From NCBI RefSeq assembly GCF_030028105.1, contig NC_092388.1, positions 45,080,581-45,144,580 of the forward strand: a stretch of DNA of 64,000 nucleotides, given 5' to 3'. Positions 38,539 through 50,976 of the stretch are shown here, piece by piece. Both the position numbers and the translations under genes were made by a program. The notes under the pieces are model-generated. The model did not search any database and had not been told where the DNA came from. It was given only the letters and a program-made list of their open reading frames with translations. The stretch comes from Mobula birostris. Lineage: Eukaryota. Positions within the stretch are counted from its first letter, which is position 1. Every line of letters begins with the position of its first letter.

Positions 38539-38719
38539 AGCAACAAACAATCTGCTGGAGGAACTCAGGGGGTCGAGAGCAATCGAGAGGGGAGGGGGTG
38601 GTGATTGCATCAGGACCAATTCCTTACTAACTACCCACCTACCCCCACCAGCCCTCCCTCCCTCCCTCCGTTGATGCTACTCAGCCAACTGAGGTCTCTC
38701 CAACAGATTGTTTGTTGCT
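38539..38719. repeat. About 30-bp inverted repeat made of two Penelope-type termini
   Basis: agcaacaaacaatctgctggaggaactcag (38539-38568) versus ctgaggtctctccaacagattgtttgttgct (38689-38719). Confidence 0.75.
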
Positions 38720-38960
38720 CCCGATCCCAGCACTCATGGTCTCTTGTCTCTCCCTCTCTCTGCAATGAACTGACAGCCCGATTAGGCCCTGGGTGCCCGG
38801 TGTCAGCGGAGAACAGCACCAGTGACACTGCACTTTGTAATATCGAAGCTCTAGTCATATCGATGAGGGAGATGCAGACGGCATAACAGGTGCAACAGCT
38901 GTGCCAGCACCAGGGTCCCATCTAATCGTAGAAAGGCTGAGGGGTTGAAGCCTCACTTAC

Positions 38961-39001
38961 CTGAACGTGGTGAGGGAAAAACTGTACCCGCGATCCGCCA
39001 T
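38961..39001 (-). CDS. PSMA2: PSMA2 coding exon 1 (MADRGYSFSLTTF-S)
   Basis: ATG at 39001 in AAGATGGCGG context; donor AG|gtaagt; alpha-subunit N-terminal signature. Confidence 0.97.
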
Positions 39002-39274
39002 CTTTCCGCCGCTCGCCCTCTGGAACGATGGGAGCACTTGATTACGTCACTCGTTTACGATGGCTTTCCTTGAGGCCACTGGCAAATGGAACTACAACTG
39101 TTGGTCTGGGCGGCGGTAGAAACAGGGGAATGGATGCGTGGAAGGAACGCTGGGAGTTGTAGTTTAAGGGGAAATTCCGCCGGTTGACTCACACGTGACC
39201 AGAACGCCATCCAATCCAATCCAATCCGCGGCTTCTGCGGCGGTGGCGCGTGCGCGGTGCACCATCTCCCCATA
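39002..39274. promoter_or_regulatory. Bidirectional CpG-island promoter shared by PSMA2 and MRPL32
   Basis: 273 bp between divergent ATGs, CpG-rich. ZNF143/THAP11-type AACTACAACTCCCAGC (39149-39164, minus) plus ACTACAA at 39091; TTACGTCA 39042; TGACTCA 39185; CACGTGAC 39192; (CCAAT)x3 39211-39225; NRF1-like GCGCGTGCGC 39246; YY1 CCGCCATCTT over the PSMA2 ATG. Confidence 0.9.
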
Positions 39275-39359
39275 ATGGCGCTGCTGCGGCGGTTGGCCTA
39301 TTCGTGGACGGCACTGGAGAGTGTTCTGCTGCAGGCGTTCGGGCTTCAGCAGCGACTAG
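39275..39359 (+). CDS. MRPL32: MRPL32 coding exon 1, mitochondrial presequence (MALLRRLAYSWTALESVLLQAFGLQQRL)
   Basis: ATG in ataATGG context; G|gtgagg donor; phase 1 matches exon 2; Arg/Leu-rich targeting peptide. Confidence 0.88.
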
Positions 39360-39859
39360 GTGAGGGACCGAGTATGGCTTAGAGGTGGAGGTAACAGTAT
39401 AGAGGGGAAATGTAGGTCTGCTGTTCCCATCTGTTTGATTCTAGTTAGTGTTGTATTTCAGATGTCATACCACATCGACTGCGTCCTCGCAGGGTGGAGG
39501 ATAACTTGCTTCCTCTCTGGCGTGTGGATTATCGAGCGGCTTACCCAGCCCATTGTTGGAGCCACAGGCCGTTCTGCAAGTGGAACAGCTGATGGTTAGT
39601 TTGAGGTTCATCCATCTGGTCGGCACCTCTTGTGATCTCGATGTTTTCAGTGCCATCCCAAAACCTCCTTTCAATAGTTGTGACCTGAGAGCTCCAGGAA
39701 GCTGTAATGCTGCTTTTCTGTAAGGAAGCATTGAGCACATGTTTGATTCCTGACGTCTGTTGCAGATAATCCTGTAGCACTTAAGAGTGTTAGGATCGCT
39801 GCCTGACCCTGACCCTGAGGCTGAAGTCTTGATCTTCAGTTATTCTATTCATGTAATGT

Positions 39860-40680
39860 GAGCACGTAACTGACATCTGACCTGGAGCCACAACTCCCAA
39901 CTCATCAGTCAAGAAGGTGCAGCAGCATTTACACTTTCTGAGGAGGTTGAGGAATGGAGGCTCTGTGCCTCCATTCCAACTGCTTTCCACAGAAGCACCA
40001 TCAAGAGTATCCTTTCTGGCTGCATCAGTGTATGGTACGGAAGCTGCAAGGCATCGGACCCTACATAGGACAGTAAAAAACTGCCGAGCTGATCACTGGG
40101 GTCTCCTTCCCCAGTTTGTGAGATTTATTAGGAGTGTTTTAGACAAAGAGCCTGAAACTTTGCTGAGGATCCTTACCACCCATCCCACAAGCACATGAGA
40201 TTCTGCAGATGCTGGCAATCAAGAACAACACATACAAGATGCTAGAGGAACTCAGCAGCTCCGGCAGCATCTTTGGAAATGAATAAGCAGTCGACATTTC
40301 AGTCTGAGATCCTTCTTCATGACTGGAAAGGAAGGGGGGTAGGCACCAGAATAAAAAGAAGAGGGTGGAGATGGAGGATCCCACAATTTCTTTGACCCAG
40401 TTCCATCAGGAAGGAGGTACAGGAGCATCAGGACTAGGATTGCCAGACTGGGTAACAGCTTCTTCCCTGAGACTGTGAGACTAATGAATACCCTGCCACC
40501 ACCGAGATCACATCACTGGGACAGTGAGCTGTTTACTGTACATTTTACTGTTTACCTGTGCTGTGCACTACATGCATTTTCAATTATATTTTTTTTAAAC
40601 TTGTATGTGGTGTGTGTGTGACGTATGTTTTGTGGGTGCACCATGGTTGGGAGAAACGTTATTTCATCTGGTTGACAAGT
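39860..40680 (+). mobile_element. Rex1/Babar 3' fragment split by a Penelope fragment
   Basis: QQHLHFLRRLR; ccatcaggaaggaggtacaggagcatc; aacagcttcttccc motifs. Confidence 0.75.
40191..40377 (-). mobile_element. Penelope terminal fragment with mutated hammerhead
   Basis: 9-bp duplication atcccacaa (40182-40190 and 40378-40386); minus strand cagtc-ATGAAGA-..-GAAA-tgtc-gactg. Confidence 0.75.
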
Positions 40681-41621
40681 AATTTGGAGTCATCAATTAA
40701 TGAAAGGCCACAATGGGACATTCCATTCTTTTATTGAAAGGAGTCTGGCAAGATATAGAAAATGGGTTTTTTGCATGGTTTCATCATGGAATTTTATTAT
40801 CGAATGGTAGTGTGGTATGATTTTGCAGCTTGACAGCTGAGGTTTGGGTAACATTGAGAATGCAGTCACCGTAACTGTTCAATTGAGCAGTTTCCCATTA
40901 ATTCTGAAGAGTGGCTCCATTCCTATTTAGTTTCTTTGGAAGAGAGATGTAAGGTTGTGACAACAAAGGGTGATAAAGCTATTGGGACAATTGACACGGC
41001 CAAGTTTGACAATGGTCTTCATTGAAATTGGTTCTATTGCAAACACTTTGGTTAGTACCATGGTTTGCACGTGTAAGATAGAGCCAAATGTTTGAGGATA
41101 ACAAAATTTGAGAATGTTCGACACTACCTCTCAAATGATGGAACCAAAGCTTTGGTAAGGTCAATAAAGCTTTGTATAATGGCTGGTGCCATTCCTTACA
41201 TTCTTGATTAAATTCCCATGCAGTCCTTTGCATTACTGATAGACAGTGTCAACATTATGAATCTAGAAGCAGTTCTTCAGCTGTTGGGAAGAGTGAGAGT
41301 CTGTGCCTTTCCCAGTGGAGGGCAGTAGGAAAACCAGTCTGTAGTTACTGCAGTCAACAACATCTTGACAGATAGTCATAATCACTGCATCTCTGAGGAC
41401 TCCTAGAATGACCTGCTCTTTCCATATATCGGCAATAAGGCTGTGAACTTGTGATTGAAACTCTTCACTGCTAAGCTTCAGGATTTCAGCAGGAATATAG
41501 TCTTGCTATATTTGAACTAAAATTTGGTCTTTCACGCGTAAAGGGCAGGCTGCTATTATGATTTGTTATGACTGGCCCAGATAATTCGTCCCCATTCCCA
41601 ACCCTCCCTTCTGCAGTTCCT

Positions 41622-41835
41622 ACCACGGTAGCGTAGTGGTTATCACAAAGCCTTACAATACCTGTGACTTGGGTTCAATTCCCACCTCTGCCTGTAAGGG
41701 GTTCGTACATTCTCCCCGTGACTGCGTTTCCTATGGTTAATTGGTCATTGTAAATTGTCCCATGATTAGGGAAGGGTTAAATCGGGGGGATTGCTGGGTG
41801 GCGTGGCTCAAAGTGCTGAAGTGTGTGAGAGGAAC
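41622..41835 (+). mobile_element. V-SINE
   Basis: cggtagcgtagtggtt A box, gggttcaattccc B box, ttctccccgtgactgcgt V-domain. Confidence 0.7.
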
Positions 41836-42017
41836 TGTGTTTAAGAATAATCCCTGCAGAGCCCAGCAGGAGTATTCCAAAGACCAAAATATTTGCAACC
41901 ACCTGTTGGTCCTGAGTGGATGATCCATCTATCTCTTCCTGACCACTTTGGCATTATAAAAGCCAACGGTTAGCCATTTTTATCCCATGAATTCATGTGA
42001 TATCAAGATGGCATTGA

Positions 42018-42300
42018 GTAGCCTGGTAGTGCATAAGGTGTTACAGAGCCAGAGATAAGGGTTCAGTTCCTGCCACTCTCTTGAGAGGAGTTTGCACAGT
42101 CTCCTCGTGACTGTGTGGATTTCCCTTGGGTGCTCCAGTATCCTACGTTCCAAAAAGATGTACTGGTTAGTAAGAGGTGGCTGTGCTGTGATGGTGCCAG
42201 AAGCAAGCTAACCCTTGAGGGCTGTCTCAGCACATCCTTGAATTCTGTTGGTCATTGTCACTCTGTTTTGATGTACACATGACACATCAAGCAAGTCTTC
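42018..42300 (+). mobile_element. V-SINE, decayed
   Basis: gggttcagttcc B box and V-domain remnant; tail shared with the 50186 copy. Confidence 0.6.
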
Positions 42301-42399
42301 AATGCTGAACTGCAAGACCAGAGAAATCTCAGCTGTAGAACACGCTGTGGTACTGTACTAGAACTGCAGGACCAGTGTCTACTTGGCAGTATGTAAAGC

Positions 42400-43270
42400 A
42401 AGAAAAATCTGATCCAGCAGATTGCACCAGAGAGGAAATTTTTTCAGAGTTACCTCCTCAGAATTTTTTTTTTTGTTTATGATAGCTGAACACAAATATG
42501 TAATTTCAGAATACTTGTATCATGTAGGAATTTGGAGAAACAAGAAATTAACTTTTATCGAATGCAATGAGTTCAATTGCATAACGGTGCTGACGCTTTC
42601 CAATAGTTCAACTAAGCTAAAAATGTTTTTGATGATTTTCATTTGTACTCAGTGCTTGAGGCTTCTCACAATAATCAGCCAGAAATGATGGAAATCCAGT
42701 TGCCTTGATACTGTTCCTCCATTACTGCAATGTCCTGGTGAAGTCTTTTACTATGCTCGTCATTGACAGCACCAAGATTTGTAGGAAAGAAGTCTAAAAG
42801 GGAATGCAGAAAGTAAACCTTTAGTGACATGTTGCACTTCATAGTTTTGTATGCATGAAGTATGTTGTCAACCAGCTGCATGTAGTTCGGTGCTCTGTGG
42901 TTAGGAAGAAAATTTTCAACAGCATCCTTGAATGCCTTCCATGTGATTTTCTTGGGTCCCACTAAAATTTCTTCAAATTGCCTGTCATTGATGACCTGTC
43001 TGAGTTGTGGACCAACAAAAATGCCTTTCTTAATCTTGGCTTCACTTATTCTGGGAAACATCTGTCTCAAATACCAAAGTCCTTCATGGAAATCTAAAAC
43101 CTGTCCTGGACAAGATAGAAAACTTATCAGCTTATGTTGTGGGCAACATTTTAATTGACTTGAATTATGCATTGAAATAACAAATTTAGGTGATTTAAAA
43201 AGGAAAAAAAAACGGTGCATGATAGGGAAGTTTCATGGTGACTATCATGATCACCAGCCCAAGTTCAGTG
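42400..43270 (-). mobile_element. Chapaev3-like (CMC) DNA transposon remnant
   Basis: ORF 42675..43220: FPRISEAKIKKGIFVGPQ, MSLKVYFLHSLLDFFPTNLGAVNDEH..HQDI..YQGNW; CACTG terminus at 43270. Family assignment is from recall and the left boundary is uncertain. Confidence 0.7.
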
Positions 43271-43349
43271 CAGAGCCAAGTAGATGTTACGGAGCCCAGA
43301 GCAGCTGCAGCAAGCCACAGCCGCTAAGTAACAAATAAATTGATACTTA

Positions 43350-43470
43350 AATGGCAGTGCGTCTTTTTTTTTTTTAACTATTTCCATGAAACTTTGGCAA
43401 ATTGGGCACCCACCTAATTGAGCCAAAATGTACTGGTCCTGATGTGTCCCAATACACTGGAAACCACTGC
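43350..43470. mobile_element. Right-end fragment of the MITE family seen at 56321-56911
   Basis: Aligns by eye to 56790-56911. Confidence 0.65.
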
Positions 43471-43619
43471 AGTTGTATGTCTTTATGGTTAACTGAAAGA
43501 TTCATTTGAACTGTGTGAACACAAGAGGTCGCTGTTTTGAAGTGTGAAGAAGGGTGTTGGGGACGGAAAGCAGATTGATCTGAATGAATTGCCATTTATT
43601 TTAAGGAAAAGTTGCTTCT

Positions 43620-45730
43620 TCTGTGTGTGTTGTGCAACTGACCTCTATTTCCATTGAGTTTGTATTTATGTAATGCTTTTAGGAATAAAAGCACTTTTGG
43701 TGCGCCTAAGAGCAACTCGAGTAGCAGCAATACTCTCAATGGATATGATTCAATATTCTTGTTTCAGCCTGATGCAGCTAACAGCACTACTGCTTCCAAG
43801 GTCAGTACGGTCAACAATGATATCTTAATGCGTTTAAACAATCTATCGTTACTTAAAACTGACGGAAACAACACTGATTGTGGATGGAAGCACAGGATTC
43901 CATGGAAGAAGCGTGGCTATGGATCAGGGATACAAGTGCGTTTAAGGAAGCGGAGTTTTAAACTCCCAATACCGACTATCTTGCTGGCAAACGAGCAGTC
44001 TCCAGTGAATAAAATCAATGAACTCAGAGCTAGAGTGCTGAATCAGAGGGACATTAAGACCACATGTGTCCTTTGTTTCACGGAATCAACTACAGCTGTG
44101 AAGATCCCTGCTGCTCCTAATGAACCTGTGATCTGTGTCCCAGAGGCCAATGTGAGGCTGTCTTTAAAGAGGGTGAAAGGTCCCGATGAGTACCTGGTAA
44201 AGCTCTGAAAACCTGTGCCAACCAACTGCGGGAGTATTCAAGGACATTTTCAACCTCTCACTGCTACGGGCAGAAGTTCCCACTTGCTTCAAGAAGGCAA
44301 CAATTATACCAGTGCCTTAGAAGAATAACGTGAGCTGCCTTAATGACTTTCGCCCAATAGCACTCGCATCTACAGTGATGAAATGCTTTGAGAGGTTGGT
44401 CATGACTAGACTGAACTCCTGCCTCAGCAAGTACTTGGACCTGTTGCAATTTGCCTATCACCACAATAGGTCAACGACAGACGCAATCTCAGTGGCTTTC
44501 CACACGGCTTTAGACCGCCTGGACAACACAAACACCTATGTCAGGATGCTGTTCATCAACTATAGCTCAGCATTTAACACCATCATTCCCATAATCCTGA
44601 TTGAGAGTTTGCAGAACCTGGGCATCTGTACCTCCCTCTGCAATTGGATGCTCAGCTTCCTAACCAGAAGACGACAATTTGTGTGGATTGGTGATAACAT
44701 CTCCTCCTCGCTGACGATCAACACTGGTGCACCTAAGGGGTGTGTGCTTAGCCCACTGCTCTATTCTCTATATACCCATGATTGTGTGGCTAGGCATAGC
44801 TCAAGTACCATCTATAAATTTGCTGATGATACAGCCATTGTTGGTAGCATCTCAAGTGGTGACGAGAGGGCGTACAGGAGTGAGATATGCCAACTAGTGG
44901 AGTGGTGGGTGTCGCAGCAACAGCCTGGCACTCAACATCAGTGAGATGAAAGAGCTGATTTTGGACTTCAGGAAGGGTAAGCTGAAGGAACACGTACCAA
45001 TCCTCATAGAGGGATCAGAAGTGGAGAGAGTGAACAGCTTCAAGTTCCTGGGTGTCAAGATCGCTGAGGATCTAACCTCGTCCCAACATATTGATGCAGT
45101 TATAAAGAAGGCAAGGCAGCAGCAATACTTCATTAGGAGTTTGAAGAGATTTGGTATGTCAACAAATAGTCTCAAAACCTTATATAGATGTACTGTGGAG
45201 AGCATTCTGACAGGCTGCATCACTGTCTGGTTTGGTGGGGGGGAGGGGGCTACTGCACAGGACCGAAAAAGTTGCAGAAGGTTGTAAATCTAGTCAACTC
45301 CATCTTGAGTATTAGCCTACAGAGTACCCAGGACATCTTCAATGAGTGATGTCTCAGAAAGGCAGCGTCCATTATTAAGGACCTCCAGCACCCAGGGCAT
45401 GCCCTTTTCTCACTGTTACCATCAGGTTTGAGGTACAGAAGCCTGAAGGCACACACTCAGCAATTCACAAGCACCCTCCTCCCCTCTGCCATCCTATTCC
45501 GAAATGAACATTGAACCCTTGGAGACTACCTCACTTTTTTAAATACATAGTATTTCTGTTTTTGCACGATTTTTAATCTATTCAATATACTTATACTGTG
45601 ATTTATTTATTATTATTATTATTATTTTATTTTGGTTTTTCCCTTCTATATTTTGGATTGCATTGAACTGCTGCTGCTAAGTTAACAAATTTCACTTCAC
45701 ATGCCGGTGAAAATAAACCTGATTTTGATT
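43620..45730 (+). mobile_element. Rex1/Babar LINE with 5' region and a large internal deletion
   Basis: LPIPTILLAN..NKINEL..VLCFTES (APE start) fused at 44087/44088 to the pre-RT region; RT ORF 44330..44944; aataaacctgatt tail. Confidence 0.9.
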
Positions 45731-46764
45731 CGGGTATATGTTAGATGAAGTACCTCACAGCCAACTTGGTGCCTCAGTGACTTCCACGATGTTGTACTCT
45801 GTAAAGTAGGAACATGACAACTACTTGGTGCATAGTAAATTCTTATTGAAAAGGTGAGAGATAAATTTTGGCCAGAACATTGAGGACAACCTCTGTATTC
45901 CAAATCAAAAACATACTGAGATTTTTCATAAAGACATTATTTGCATTGCATTCAGTTATGTAATTTGATTGGTTTGAAATGACCAGTTGAGTTCTACATC
46001 TGATATTGAAGAATTCTGTGTATGGTGCACAGGTCTCTACAATCTTATTTGGGTAAGAGTGCTCTCCATTTAGACTCCTTGTTTTAAAGCTACAAAGTGC
46101 AGAGCTTTGAATGGGTGGAAAAAACTGATTTGTTTTGAGCAAACATGTTATAGGAAATATACAAGATACATGTCCTCCAAATATTTATGCTATATTTTGT
46201 AATTGAGCAGAAAGTTGGTCGTGCTTCTTGGTCCATAATTGTAACCAGTTTCAAAGAGAACTCCACGTTGGAATAGATCAGGGATTCCAACAGCATCTGT
46301 ATTTAACTTTGTTCCACCTACCAGCGTGAGGGCAAAGCAAAAATTTATCTAATAGCTTTCATGACCTTAGCACTTCAGAATTGTTTTAGTTGCAAAAGCC
46401 AATTAGCATCCTTTATCATTCCAGAAAGAGAAGTACAAGAATGGCCTTATTACAGACTAAGGGATGGCCATTGGATGGCCTCTGTTCTTCTGAACAGTGC
46501 CATTGTATTTTGACCATACAGTTGACGGTGTAGTATCCAATGACATAATATTACTTCTGAACGATTGCACCTCCTATAATGCTGCATTCCATCAGTGCTG
46601 TATTAGTGTCAACCCTGATGTTGTGCTTGAAATTGTGGTGTGAAACATGAATCTACAGGCAGGGAAATGGATAGTTAACTTAACTGAAAAGGGTAGTGGA
46701 GAAAATATCAGATTTCAACCACTTCAGGGTTGTTTCTGCTATACCTCCACTGTAGGCTGTCATT

Positions 46765-47015
46765 TGTGCTCAGTTGGTAGCACCTGACCGATTCAGCCAA
46801 AAGAATGTACTGTACTCTTAAGATTAACTCCAGAATTTGAGCTCAAGTGTCCAGGTTGATACTTTATTGAAGAAATAAGGATATGTACGTCGTCAGGTGC
46901 TTTCCTTCAGATGACTACCTCTCCCCCCATTTCTTCAGTGAAGATCAGATTAGTGTGATTCTTATCACATTGATGGTTTGGATGCTGCAGTGCATGATTG
47001 ATTGATTGTCTGCTT
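46765..47015 (+). mobile_element. Ancient DeuSINE-like remnant (similar traces at about 45750-45900, 48380-48700, 60660-61010 minus, and 62640-62790 plus)
   Basis: gctcagttggtagcac head; ttatcacattg..tttg Deu-domain-like segment; very diverged. Confidence 0.4.
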
Positions 47016-50000
47016 CAAGTTCTTGCTGTAATCCAATGGCCAAAACACTCTGGGGTAATTGAATCCATGAAACCCTCCATATAAATACTATTTAATTTCT
47101 GCCACTTCTGTACTTCCATCTGGTTTCTCTGATCTACGCCAGACATTTTGAATTGGAAAGTACAGAACTGATGATGAAATTCCCTCAGGATATTAGTTAA
47201 GTGGTTCACTTGATACATTGTGAAGTTATAGTCTGCATTTGACAAACCTAAGCTTTTTCTGATTGCTGAAGCTTTACTGCACTCCATTGTGGGAAATTTT
47301 CAACCACAGGCAGTCTAGGGTTAATAACTTCAGAATTATGAGGATACCCTGCCATTCTTCCACTCTTGCTTGTCCCGCTTTCTTTCCAATGAAGGACGTC
47401 AGTCGTTCTCTCATTGTTACCAGTCTATGGAAAGTACGCTGATCTCCTAGGCTGTTATGAGTGCAAAATGGGCACTATCAATCTACTCTACCTCAAAACT
47501 ATTACTACCTCTTGTATGTCACTATTCTTTTATATATACTGATATAGGGAATATTGAAACAGTTTTAGAGAACGTGTGTACTTAGAGTGAAGTCAGTATA
47601 TGTCATATAAATAATTTTATTTTAGTACAAAGGTTAACTGGCAATTGGAATAATTAATTTCAGGGAGGGAGGAAAAGAAGGTAAAGTTACAAAAGTTTGG
47701 TATAATAAAAGCATTATGGATTCGACTGAGTAGTTTGTACAGATTTATGATTGGGATATAAAATGCTTTGGAGGAAATTGTTGCTGTTAACTATACCATG
47801 CATGCCTTTCCTGTAATGTTGCTGCTGAAGATGATTTTATAGCATCTAATATTTATCATATCCATAGGGTTGCCATGAGTCGATGATGACTCAATGGCAC
47901 ACAACAACAATATTTATTTAGTTGCTCATGTGTTGGCCTGTCCTTGATGCCTTTTGAGCAATGGAACAGCATTAGTTGCCCTACAGTCTTCTGGAACTTC
48001 ACCGGTGGTTAACAACAAAGCAAATATCTCAACCAGGGCTTATATAATTTCTTCCCTGGCCTCCCACAAGGTCTGGGGGTGCACTTGGTCAGGCCCTGGT
48101 AATATATCAAACTTTATGTGACTTTGCAGATATGTTCTTTTCCTGCTATTTTGGTACAGTCTTTGTCAAGTTCAGAGAAGCCTTTGTTTCATTTGATCTT
48201 GGAAGAGTAGAACAAAGATTGTTATTGTAGGTGATGAATTAGCTGATAGGTATTAGAGTGGTCCACTGTTAGTAAATTAATAGCCAAGCCAAAAAATTAA
48301 ATACCAGAAATGATATGGAAAAAATCTTGTATTAATCTAATGATAATTCAATGAAAGTAAAAAAAAAATCGTAGCCATACAATTTCTATCACAACATTGG
48401 TACATTGAAAACACTTTGTAACCAATTAAATGTCTTTTGAAACATTATTTAAGAAAACTGACTACAAATTTGTGCACAATTAGGTCCTGCAGTCAAAAGT
48501 GATAATACAAATTGTTCAGTGAGTTTAGTTGAAGAAATAATATTGACCAAGGAAACCGAAGGGGATTTAATCTTTTAAATCCTGCAGACGATAGACCTCC
48601 TAGCCAAAGGGAGCATCATTTCAATTGTACACAGAAATATTGATCTGAATTATGGGCTTAAGGCCCCTGACCTTGGTTGACCAGACAAGTGAAAAGCACA
48701 TGGTCACAACTGAACCCGTTGTTTCATAATCAGATTACCTAAAGAATATTTCCATTGTCTTGTCTGCAGTTTCAATAAAAAATTATTTTTTACTTTAAAA
48801 TTTTTTTTTTACATTGTTAAATTTTATAGTGGTAGCTTGTCACATTAATTTATGTTTGCATTCAGTTGCTTGTATATTCGTGGTGTATTTGCTTGTGCTG
48901 GTCTCAACACAAGAGGACCTCAGTGAGCTATTTAATGGTTTGTAATTTCGCCAGTAATGAGTACTGCAGCATTTGAGTTCCTTGTGCTGCAGATTTTAAA
49001 TTCTAATGTTTGTTGCAATCGAATTCTTATGCAGTCATGACTACATTACAATGACTAACATTGGTGGTTCTTTTACATTTTGCTGTATGATGTTTTATTC
49101 CTTTAACTCTGAAAAGTATTGTTTTGTCTACCCAGTTTTTGTCTTTTTTTTACAGAACTTACAAATATACTCAAGTTTATTTCATCTTTTTTTCACGATC
49201 TGTAAATCTATAAGGTCTTTCTGTATATTAATCAAAATGTCAAATACAGTGTGGAATGTGAAATTTTTGTCTTTCACTGCAGAAAAATCTCCTAGAGCAT
49301 TTCAGTGGCAAACTGTCAAATATAACTGAGCATCAAGTAAGGGAGTACTAGGAGAAATAAGCAAGCCCTGTCCTGCTGAAATGTTAACTGTTTGTTCCTC
49401 TTCATACGTGCTCCCCAATCTGCTGAGTTCCTCCAGCATTTTCTCTTTGTTGCTCTGGATTTCCAGCAGTTGCAGAATCTCGTGTTTATGAAGTGAGCAA
49501 AATAAAATCCTTGTCAAAGATTTTGACCAGAGTTGGTTCAAGGAAGGAAGGAATAGCAGAACTTAGGGTCTAGATGTCTGTAGGCACAGCCACTGATTAC
49601 AGATGTCTTAGAGCTTAAGGCCAGGGATGGTGCACTGTGCCTCTGTTACCCAGCTTGTCTGCTAATAGAACAGTCACACTACACAACCTCAGCAATGACT
49701 TTAAGCTTCTGTTGTTTGGAAAAATTTTAAAAAGCAGGGCAAAATCTGTTTGCTTAGCAGAACAACACAATGTGAAGTATCAAATAACAAATGCAGACAG
49801 ATTAATCTCGGTTCCTGGTTGCATTTTCCAGAAGATACTTTCAATTTCTCTATTTCTTTAACTTTCATTATTCATAACTGAATTTGTCAGACAAGTTCAG
49901 GCCTCAACAGAATTGAGTGTATTTTGCAAAATAGCAGAGATAAATAAAAAATCCAAACATCAGGAAATTGCAGATACTGAAAATCCAAAATAAAGACAAA

Positions 50001-50185
50001 TTCTGGAAATACTCAGCATATCAGGCAGCACCTTTTGGACAGATAATTTAAAGTGTTAGGCGATGTAAGTTTGAGGTCATGAAATCTGTTATATAAGTAA
50101 TTCCTTGCTCCTGTCTATCCACAATTTTGAATATGTAATATCCTTTTACTTTAATTCTGCAAAGCACTCTAATGCTTTCAGCATT

Positions 50186-50497
50186 GGGCACGCGGTAGAA
50201 GAGCGGTTAGTGTAATTGTTTTACCGTGCTAGTGATCACTGATTGGGATTCGATTCCCGCCACTGTCTGTAAGGAAGTTGTACATTCTCCCTGTGACCAC
50301 ATGAGCTTTCTCTGGGTCCTCCGGTTTCCTCCCACATTCTAAAGGCATGCGGTTAGGGTCGGTAAGTTGTGGGCGTGCTGTGTTGGCGCAGGAAGCATGC
50401 AAACTTGCAGCTGCCTCCAACCCAATTTTCATTGATTTGGTTTGAAATAAAATAATGCATTTCACTGTGTGTTTCAAGGTGCATGTGACAAATAAAC
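50186..50497 (+). mobile_element. V-SINE, well preserved
   Basis: tRNA head ggattcgattccc; ttctccctgtgacc..ccggtttcctcccacattctaaag V-domain; gtgacaaataaa tail. Confidence 0.8.
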
Positions 50498-50639
50498 ATA
50501 GCCATACCGGAACCTTAGAGCCTATTCTGATGAAATTTCATTAACCTGTAAAGTCAATTAAAACTGGGGTGTGTAGGAATTTCTTGCAGAAGGTAGTGAA
50601 TTCTCTATGCCATTGGATTTTGGAGATTAGACAGTTGGG

Positions 50640-50976
50640 GCCGTTGTGTTGGCAACAGCCCATGACGAACGTCGAGCTCTGTAATGACCTACTGATGCTC
50701 ACCACTAAAATGGAAAAGAGAAGACTGCAACTAGCGGGGCACTGTCTACGCCACCCCGAGCTACCTGCCAGCCTAATCATCGTATGGGAGCCCAAGCACG
50801 GGAGGATGAACCCTGGGCGCCCTCCCAAGACTATGGTCAACACGCTCCTAGAAGACAGCGGCGTGGCTAATGTAGATGAACTGAACACACTGATGAGGGA
50901 GAAGTGGAGAATCCGTCATCGTGCCCGACGCCGCCCCCCCCCCCCCCCCAGGCCTGAGTCGACGTAGTAGTAGTAG
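50640..50976 (+). mobile_element. RTE-group LINE 3' end with (TAG)n tail
   Basis: RRLQLAGHCLRHPE..VWEP..GRPPKT..W; gtagtagtagtag tail. Confidence 0.8.

Noticed and set aside
39185-39195. NFE2L1/Nrf antioxidant response element for the proteasome gene
   Set aside because: TGACTCA is present but the required GC at the 3' end (TGACnnnGC) is missing on both strands.
41622-41690. tRNA genes at SINE heads (also 17030, 42018, 50186)
   Set aside because: A/B boxes run into the V-SINE core and no complete cloverleaf forms.
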